50,997 nt of DNA. Source: a virus (lineage: Duplodnaviria; Heunggongvirae; Uroviricota; Caudoviricetes). Shown here piece after piece: positions 44,285 through 50,997 of the stretch. Under the pieces are notes generated by a model, which was not told where the DNA came from, made no database searches, and was given only the letters and a program-made list of their open reading frames with translations. The stretch lies in IMG/VR virus record IMGVR_UViG_648276648_000009, positions 1 to 50,997 of that record; one strand, 5' to 3'. Both the position numbers and the translations under genes were made by a program. The number at the start of each line of letters is the position of its first letter. The first letter of the stretch is position 1.

Positions 44285-44533
44285 TCAATCAGCATTCAGG
44301 AGCAATGCATTATCTATGATGATTTGCTCCCATTCTTCGAATGCCCGATCGCGGACACCCTGGGGAACACTGTTAGTTTTGAAATCGACGACCGTACGCC
44401 ATTTCCCGTCCGGACGGTACATGCGCAGAGCTTTACTTCCCCCTTCCCTGCGCACTTCAACGTTATGCTTATCAGCAAACTCTTGTAATGCTCGTAGCGT
44501 CCCATGCTTTACTGTGTAGTATCGCTTTTTCAA
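44285..44533 (-). CDS. lxc: Small protein, 82 aa, Lxc/Bof-like by size and position
   Basis: ORF downstream of the DarB-like gene on the same strand; assignment by synteny and size only. Confidence 0.5.
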   Translation of the reverse strand: MKKRYYTVKHGTLRALQEFADKHNVEVRREGGSKALRMYRPDGKWRTVVDFKTNSVPQGVRDRAFEEWEQIIIDNALLLNAD

Positions 44534-44970
44534 GTTTTCTCTCCAGCCTGTGCCAAGGCTTCAACTTCCAAATCGTAAGACTCAAACTCATAGTCCTGGT
44601 CGTCAACTTCTTCAGGCACTGGCAGTAAATGCCAGGCTGAGTATATCTGACCATTATCAAAACGCTCCTGGCTGTAGAGCGTCGCGGCTATGAGTGTTAG
44701 CGCCGGGCGGTCATAACGGTAAATTTTGCGAACGTCACGGTCAACGAGACGACCGAAATTACCATAACCGCGCTCCAGTAATAATTTTTTAATTTCCGGC
44801 CAGTATGGACCATAGCTGCGGTACAGGCGGGGATTTTTCAGTAATCGCCCGCGTAGCCCTGACAGGAAGAAATCAACGTATTCGTCTTCTGTCTTTCCTA
44901 ACAACGCTGTACGGAGTACCGCCTCAAGATATGTTTTATTCGGTTTTATTGTATCAGATAGTGTGGCCAT
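44530..44970 (-). CDS. Hypothetical protein, 146 aa (Ulx-like by position)
   Basis: ORF between the DarB-like and Lxc-like genes; 4-nt overlap with the downstream gene. Confidence 0.5.
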   Translation of the reverse strand: MATLSDTIKPNKTYLEAVLRTALLGKTEDEYVDFFLSGLRGRLLKNPRLYRSYGPYWPEIKKLLLERGYGNFGRLVDRDVRKIYRYDRPALTLIAATLYSQERFDNGQIYSAWHLLPVPEEVDDQDYEFESYDLEVEALAQAGEKT

Positions 44971-45003
44971 ATTATGCGACGCCCGGCGAACCGGGCGCTC
45001 CTG

Positions 45004-48000
45004 TTATGCGTATTGTTGGATGACGGCCAGAACGTCCGCCACGTTGTGTTTTGTCTCGATAATCCACCAGTTACCTGGGAAGTCGCTGTTCTTCGCCTTC
45101 GCTGGCAGCCAGCGAGCGCCGAATTTCGCCTTGATTGCGTCTTTCGCACGGAAAAGAACGCCTTTCATGCCTGAGGCTTCCTGAAGCCCAAATACCTCGC
45201 CAGCGGCGAATTTTGGTGCGTACATCATCTTCAGGTCGGCGGTGGATACGCGATAATTCAGACCAAGAGACTGAGCTATGCTGGTGGCATCACCCTGTAT
45301 TGATGATAACTCTTCTTGTTTCTCGTTTCTGGCGGCAATTTCTTCCTCCGTGATGTTGCCAAGGGCCAGGTTTATCCGATCAGCGTCGGCCTGTTTCTCT
45401 TCATCGGTGCGCCCGGCAAGAACCGTGTTAATTCTCTGCAATATCTCCACATGATTCTTGCGCATGCTGAGCAATTCCGGCGTAACCTCGTTAAGATCCA
45501 CCAGCCCAAGGATGGCAAGGTCGGAAAACATTGATACTAGGTTGTAGGTCATGCGATAGCTGAGTTGGCCATAGGCTGATGGCAACTGCACCGCATCCAT
45601 TTGATAGGCATCCATAAATTTAGAGCCGTCGTTTACGACATCCGCAATTGCAGGTGTGATTTTCCCTGTGGTGGCGGCCTCCCTGATTGCTGTTACCCAT
45701 GATTGAGTCAGTGCGGCGACTGCATGATTCAGATTGGCTTCCCGTTCTGCTGCGATGCGCGCGCTTGCTGAGTCCATTGCCTGCTTGATCTCGGCTTTAT
45801 TGCTGTAAATGCCGATGGTGCCAAACTGTGCTGTGGTGATCTCATAATCTGACGCCCGGAACTCATGGGTACCGAAAATGGCATTGGTGACCTCAAGTTC
45901 AGAATCCCCGTTACGAGTAGCCCCCTGGCTTGTTTTCTCCGGCATTTTTGCGATCGCATCCGCTATTTTCTCCTGAATTGCTTCAGGGGATAGCGTATCT
46001 CCGTATGACGCGATTACATCGCCATAATTGGAGCCAAACAATTCAACCAGGAATGTTTCTGCCGAACGGATCTGGCGGTTATTCCCTTCCGACATCATAC
46101 CAAGCACCCATTTTGCAATTGACGACTTCAGCGCGCCGTCACGGCGATCCGGGTAAACCGCATGCTTCAGTGGGGCCGTATAGGAACCAACAAAATCAAT
46201 GCTATAGCCTGACTCTGTAGTCTGAACGCCGTATGAGTCAGTGATTTTGATCATGCCGCGCTGCTGGAAACGGTAGAAATCGTCACAGGAAATGATGTCG
46301 TTAATCCCGGCGATGGAGACGCCACCACTGATTTTCTGCATAACAGCATCTTCATCGGGAGTTACATCAACCTGTTTATCCAGCGTCTTCACATCCCAGT
46401 TACCCGATTTGGTGCCTTTGAAGGTAAAGATGATCTCCACGTCTGCGCGCTGGCTGTCGAAGTCCAGCGACTTAATGCGAACGATATCACCGGCACAATC
46501 ATAGTATTGGCCTACACGCCATGAGCGATCGCCGATAACAAGGAACTCATTCGCATGGTTAACCAGATCAGGATCAACATCCAGAATGCCTTTATTTATT
46601 GCATCCTCCACCAGCGGGCGCAGGCGTTTGATATCCGTCGCGGCCTTCTGAGTACGGTTCAATAATTTCTCATAGCGGGAGATGGCCTGAGAGATATTAG
46701 CCTTGCGCTGAATGGCGCTTTTCAACGACGCGCGATACTGTGCTAACAACATACGGTCTGTGTGATGGACGCTACCCCAGCGGGCTTTCCAGTCTGCGTT
46801 ATCAGCTGCTTTGGCCATTACCGCCTGTTTGAATTTGGCGACGTCGGCGGTGGTCTTTTCAAGTTCCGCTTTGCTTCGCTCCAATTCAGCGGTAAGTACC
46901 TCCACATCCTCACCAGCTGCGTGCTGCGCCTTGATGTAGTTCTGAAGGTCGATAGTAGCCTGTTCTTTCTGGCGAGCGCGTTTCGCAGCTTTCGCCTTAT
47001 CCATTTGAACCTGCATCATTACCAGACGTTCGCCGTCATCCTTCGCGGTATACATCTGCATTTCGATCATGTCATTGGCGTCGGCGTTCTCCATTTCTGA
47101 CTTATCTGAACGGAGGATATCGGAGATCCAGCCTGCTTTACGCTTCAGCGTCTTCAGTCGGTATTCATCGAAAGACCCCTTGCCGCAGTAGTAGTGAACG
47201 CGAACGCTTGCACGGTTGGAGCCAACTCGTGCACCGCGACCGTTACGTTGTGCGATACTGGCTGGTGTCCACGGCAACGTCAGGTGGTGGATATCCGTCG
47301 TTCCTCGATGCAGGTTGATACCCACCTCTGCCTTTTTGTTGCAGATGATGATCGGAGTCCGGCCCTCCTGGAAGTCGGCTGCAATCTTTTCCAGACCGCC
47401 CAACGACATTTCATTTTGCTGCGCGATATAGGCGTCATACAGAGCCATTTGCTCGTTGTATTTCGCTATCTGTGCATCTGTTGGTTCATCCGGTAGCTCT
47501 TTCGGCGGTTTAACCGCTTTCAGTTTCTTACCGGTTTTACCTGCCTCGGCAACCGTCTGAGCATTCAGGATCCCCACCTTTGAAGGTTCAAGGTCTAGAG
47601 CATTGCAGATAATGCGCTTGAGCTTCTGGTGCTGCGTTTTTTCATCGGTGAAGATGACTTGCTTACCTTCCGGGAAAAACTCCTTCAGCGTGGCGATCAG
47701 CTTCGCGTATTTCGGCGTAACGGGGTGAGTTACGGTCAGTTCGTCAATGCCAAACCTGGCCAGGCGCTTATTCACTTCCTGCTCGAACGCTTCCGGAACC
47801 TGCAACTGAATAAACTCGCCCTTATCTATCAGGGAGTATTGCGATTGCTGCGTGATTGAATCATCACTGTCGTCGTCTTCGCTGGTGGCTTGTTTAGGCA
47901 AACTGTCCGCCAGCTGCTGCACCGCATCGGCGTACTCCGGCAGGAAACGATAGGTGATCCGGCGATAGTACAGGTCCATGTCAGTACATACGCGGTCCAT

Positions 48001-50496
48001 ATCCCTGATTATTGAGAAGATCGGACGGGCTTTCTCGTGCTCAATCACGCCGTCTTCATTGACCGAGGTCGTTACGCCATTGTTGGCTTTGGCCGCCGCT
48101 TCCGCCTGCTGACGCAATTCTTCATACGCCGCCAGTTGTTCTTCAGTAAGTGGTGCATCCTGCTGGTGTTCGTCCAGCTCCGGGATCTCCACGGTATCCT
48201 TAACGTCTTCCGCCGTTTTAAGCGTTACCCAGCGATGGAATATACCGCGCAGCGCATCAAGGTTTTCAAAGCCCACCAGCGCCATTTTTTCTTCAACTTC
48301 ACCGCTGATTTTCTGTACCGTTTCCAGCCTGGTCTTGCCGAAGAATTTAACGAAGTCATCAGGACCGTAGATCCCCATCTTCTGCCAGTATTCCTTCGGC
48401 AGCACATGAGAAAGCATGTTGTATGCATCGATCGGGGTGTTAACGACTGGCGTTGCAGTCAGGAGAACCGGTCCGCGCCCACCATTCTTTTTCATCAGGT
48501 ACGCGTTTTTAATTGCCATATCCCGCGCCGATTGCGCCACCGCGCTGGTGGGCAGATAGGCCAGTTGTGACGCTTCGCGACCATTTTTATAGCTATTGCG
48601 GTAGTTGTGACCTTCGTCAGCGATCACACTATCGAAGCCCATATCCTCAAAGTACGGATACTTCTCTGCTTTTTCGGTGCCGGTATCTGAATACTCCGAC
48701 AATACCCGGCGACGCGCGGCCTCTTTGCGGTGGGAGTCGGAGTCCATTGCGCTGGCTACGCGTCCGGCGGCAACGAAGTCATAAAGCATATCCTGTGCAT
48801 GCTCATCTACGGTGTCATCACGTAGCGGAATGCGGGCGTATTGTTCTTTGGTAAACACGACTGCACGGTAATTTGAGTGCGGGATCGCGTTCATCCGCGC
48901 CGTGATAGTGGCTTCATCTGCCAGCTTAAGAGCATCGCGCATAACTGGAGTGCCATCAGTACCAAGAACAGGTTTACCGTTCTCATCGAGCACCGGCACC
49001 TGGCGAATCTGATCGCCATCCATCAGCACATCAAGACCGACGAACAGGTAGTTACTGAATGCCTCTTCACTCAGGAATTCTTTTGCTTCGTAATACCAGT
49101 TTTCCAGCACTGATTTAGGCACTACATACGCAGTACGGGTGGAGCGACCGTTCTCATAGTTGAACGCCTCAAGCGCCAGCGCGGTCGTGGTTTTACCCAG
49201 CCCGGTGCCGAAGCCCAGGATGCCGCGCCCATCTTCGGACAGTCGGCGCACCTCGCTATTCTGGTAATCAAATGGCTGGCGCTTACCGCTTAATCCCTTC
49301 AACCCAAGCGGATCGCCAGAGTGTTCATACGGGATATTGCTATTGAACACATCGTTGTATTTGGCAACCAGTTCATCGTAGCGATCGTGCGTCTTGATCC
49401 ACTTATTGAACTGGTCCTCAAGCAGTGCCATCTGCTCGCGGTAGCCGTTCGCCGTCGCGCTATCTTTGCCACCGATACGCGCACCATTGAGATACTTTTC
49501 CAGCTGTGCCGGGAACCCGGTCGCGTTTTCACCTGATTTACGGTCCCACTCGTAGCGGATCTCGCCTGTTTCTTTATCCTTGCGCTGGACGACACCGTAT
49601 CGGTGCCCGACGAACAGACCATCACCACCGTGATAGGTGTCAGAAACCATTTCGTCGCCTTCCAGCTGCACTGACTGCACATAGCGAAGATCTGGATAGC
49701 CGTTTTCCTGCAAAAATTCCAGAATGACGGAACGGTCGAACCAACGGCTATTGAGCTTAAAGCGGATATTCTCTGCTGGCGTCTTGATGCGCTTCTCTTC
49801 GATCGCTGCCAGCTGATTAAGGACGTTGTTCTTTACTGGACCGTCGGGGAGTGTGGCAAGGAATTCCTGTTTTGGTGCCACTATCTCGTTAATGTCGCCG
49901 CTGGTGGCGCGGGCGAACGGAACAATCCCGCCATACGGTGAAACCGCAATGCCAGGGGTGCTGGCCAATAAATTAAGCAACTCGTCATCACTGGCTGGCA
50001 GTTCGCCGGTAAACGCAAGGCGGAAATCATCGAGCTGGATTGGATCGCGAGTGAGATCACTGTAGAGATAACGCAGGGTGTCCTGATAGCTGGTGGAGTC
50101 ATAACTGGCGCTGGAATCATGCGTAACCAGTTTTCCTGTCAGCTCGTCAGAAATAGTGCCATCCAGCTTAATTGCACCACGGAAAGCAAACCAGGCGCGC
50201 GCACCGCTCCCCGATAATTTCGCTATCGGACCGCGACCGGGGTTACCAAAACGGTCAATCTCTGCCTGCAAACGGGATACCAGAGAAAGGCGCTGCTGTT
50301 CGATTTGTTCAGCACTATGCCCGGCGGCCTTCATGTCCTGATATTCAATTAACATCCGGCCAATCATCGCCCCGCGATACAAGCGTTCACGGTATTTTTC
50401 AGGCTGGCTGTTAATCCAGTCCACCAGCTGCACCATATCGTCGCTGATTGATGTGGTGTACTTATCGCGGACATTTGCCATCTGGGTAAATGTCAT
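45004..50496 (-). CDS. darB: Large DExH/SNF2-type helicase-domain protein (DarB-like defence-against-restriction protein), possibly 5'-truncated by IS26
   Basis: 1830 aa; helicase motifs GFGTGLGKTTTALA, VIADEGHNYRN, QRNGRGARVG; no methyltransferase motif; frame open from the first Met up to the IS26 boundary. Confidence 0.7.
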   Translation of the reverse strand: MTFTQMANVRDKYTTSISDDMVQLVDWINSQPEKYRERLYRGAMIGRMLIEYQDMKAAGHSAEQIEQQRLSLVSRLQAEIDRFGNPGRGPIAKLSGSGARAWFAFRGAIKLDGTISDELTGKLVTHDSSASYDSTSYQDTLRYLYSDLTRDPIQLDDFRLAFTGELPASDDELLNLLASTPGIAVSPYGGIVPFARATSGDINEIVAPKQEFLATLPDGPVKNNVLNQLAAIEEKRIKTPAENIRFKLNSRWFDRSVILEFLQENGYPDLRYVQSVQLEGDEMVSDTYHGGDGLFVGHRYGVVQRKDKETGEIRYEWDRKSGENATGFPAQLEKYLNGARIGGKDSATANGYREQMALLEDQFNKWIKTHDRYDELVAKYNDVFNSNIPYEHSGDPLGLKGLSGKRQPFDYQNSEVRRLSEDGRGILGFGTGLGKTTTALALEAFNYENGRSTRTAYVVPKSVLENWYYEAKEFLSEEAFSNYLFVGLDVLMDGDQIRQVPVLDENGKPVLGTDGTPVMRDALKLADEATITARMNAIPHSNYRAVVFTKEQYARIPLRDDTVDEHAQDMLYDFVAAGRVASAMDSDSHRKEAARRRVLSEYSDTGTEKAEKYPYFEDMGFDSVIADEGHNYRNSYKNGREASQLAYLPTSAVAQSARDMAIKNAYLMKKNGGRGPVLLTATPVVNTPIDAYNMLSHVLPKEYWQKMGIYGPDDFVKFFGKTRLETVQKISGEVEEKMALVGFENLDALRGIFHRWVTLKTAEDVKDTVEIPELDEHQQDAPLTEEQLAAYEELRQQAEAAAKANNGVTTSVNEDGVIEHEKARPIFSIIRDMDRVCTDMDLYYRRITYRFLPEYADAVQQLADSLPKQATSEDDDSDDSITQQSQYSLIDKGEFIQLQVPEAFEQEVNKRLARFGIDELTVTHPVTPKYAKLIATLKEFFPEGKQVIFTDEKTQHQKLKRIICNALDLEPSKVGILNAQTVAEAGKTGKKLKAVKPPKELPDEPTDAQIAKYNEQMALYDAYIAQQNEMSLGGLEKIAADFQEGRTPIIICNKKAEVGINLHRGTTDIHHLTLPWTPASIAQRNGRGARVGSNRASVRVHYYCGKGSFDEYRLKTLKRKAGWISDILRSDKSEMENADANDMIEMQMYTAKDDGERLVMMQVQMDKAKAAKRARQKEQATIDLQNYIKAQHAAGEDVEVLTAELERSKAELEKTTADVAKFKQAVMAKAADNADWKARWGSVHHTDRMLLAQYRASLKSAIQRKANISQAISRYEKLLNRTQKAATDIKRLRPLVEDAINKGILDVDPDLVNHANEFLVIGDRSWRVGQYYDCAGDIVRIKSLDFDSQRADVEIIFTFKGTKSGNWDVKTLDKQVDVTPDEDAVMQKISGGVSIAGINDIISCDDFYRFQQRGMIKITDSYGVQTTESGYSIDFVGSYTAPLKHAVYPDRRDGALKSSIAKWVLGMMSEGNNRQIRSAETFLVELFGSNYGDVIASYGDTLSPEAIQEKIADAIAKMPEKTSQGATRNGDSELEVTNAIFGTHEFRASDYEITTAQFGTIGIYSNKAEIKQAMDSASARIAAEREANLNHAVAALTQSWVTAIREAATTGKITPAIADVVNDGSKFMDAYQMDAVQLPSAYGQLSYRMTYNLVSMFSDLAILGLVDLNEVTPELLSMRKNHVEILQRINTVLAGRTDEEKQADADRINLALGNITEEEIAARNEKQEELSSIQGDATSIAQSLGLNYRVSTADLKMMYAPKFAAGEVFGLQEASGMKGVLFRAKDAIKAKFGARWLPAKAKNSDFPGNWWIIETKHNVADVLAVIQQYA

Positions 50497-50535
50497 GCCG
50501 AGACGGCCTTCTGTTGTAGTCAGGTTACGCTGAAG

Positions 50536-50997
50536 GGCACTGTTGCAAAGTTAGCGATGAGGCAGCCTTTTGTCTTATTCAAAGGCCTTACATTTCAAAA
50601 ACTCTGCTTACCAGGCGCATTTCGCCCAGGGGATCACCATAATAAAATGCTGAGGCCTGGCCTTTGCGTAGTGCACGCATCACCTCAATACCTTTGATGG
50701 TGGCGTAAGCCGTCTTCATGGATTTAAATCCCAGCGTGGCGTTGATTATCCGTTTCAGTTTGCCATGATCGCATTCAATCACGTTGTTCCGGTACTTAAT
50801 CTGTCGGTGTTCAACGTCAGACGGGCACCGGCCTTCGCGTTTGAGCAGAGCAAGCGCGCGACCATAGGCGGGCGCTTTATCCGTGTTGATGAATCGTGGG
50901 ATCTGCCACTTCTTCACGTTGTTGAGGATTTTACCCAGAAACCGGTATGCAGCTTTGCTGTTACGACGGGAGGAGAGATAAAAATCGACAGTGCGGC
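50536..50997 (-). mobile_element. IS26 (IS6 family), partial; terminal inverted repeat GGCACTGTTGCAAA at 50536-50549, element continues beyond window end
   Basis: Characteristic 14-bp IR and Tnp26 C-terminal sequence. Confidence 0.9.
50588..50997 (-). CDS. tnpA: IS26 transposase Tnp26, C-terminal part (N-terminus off-window)
   Basis: ...NVKKWQIPRFINTDKAPAYGRALALLKREGRCPSDVEHRQIKYRNNVIECDHGKLKRI...RLVSRVFEM matches IS26 transposase as recalled. Confidence 0.92.
   Translation of the reverse strand, partial: RTVDFYLSSRRNSKAAYRFLGKILNNVKKWQIPRFINTDKAPAYGRALALLKREGRCPSDVEHRQIKYRNNVIECDHGKLKRIINATLGFKSMKTAYATIKGIEVMRALRKGQASAFYYGDPLGEMRLVSRVFEM

Noticed and set aside
45135-50414. Many 60-180-aa ORFs on both strands inside the DarB-like gene
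   Set aside because: They are embedded in a single 5.5-kb ORF with continuous helicase motifs; shadow ORFs.

Overview
This window reads as a P1-like phage-plasmid backbone (Enterobacteria phage P1 family), bounded by two insertion sequences: a partial IS3-family element at the left edge and a partial IS26 at the right edge. Recognisable P1 core genes, left to right: an RdgC-like gene (hrdC) carrying an in-frame TAG, the bifunctional C5-cytosine/N6-adenine methyltransferase dmt, tRNA-Asn(GUU) and tRNA-Thr(UGU) embedded in an array of related structured hairpin elements, tciA/B/C, tRNA-Ile/Met(CAU), the DnaB-like helicase ban, a leftward block of baseplate/tail-like genes, a rightward block including a lambda-type Ser/Thr phosphatase (ppp) and a HAD phosphatase (pap), hot, a LexA box upstream of humD, phd-doc, pdcA/B, lpa, pacA (with the pac hexamer site) and pacB, c1-coi, loxP and cre, then cra, ref, mat, and lxc/ulx-like genes followed by a large DarB-like helicase. 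At least a dozen matches to the C1 operator consensus ATTGCTCTAATAAATTT are scattered through the window. Accessory content that departs from canonical P1: (i) a complete EcoR124-like type IC restriction-modification operon (hsdM-hsdS-hsdR) whose hsdS carries three tandem 12-bp TAEL repeats; (ii) two immI-like modules (structured leader, 73-aa icd-like ORF, translationally coupled antirepressor), one between pacB and c1 and one between mat and lxc, forming ~1.3-kb direct repeats around c1-loxP-cre; (iii) the slot where P1 carries res-mod instead holds a lipoprotein gene, the second immI-like module and an AT-rich XRE-regulator plus YaaW-like gene pair; (iv) the DarB-like gene abuts IS26 with its frame still open at the junction, consistent with 5' truncation. 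All calls rest on reading the sequence and the supplied ORF translations and on recalled family features; no database search was run.
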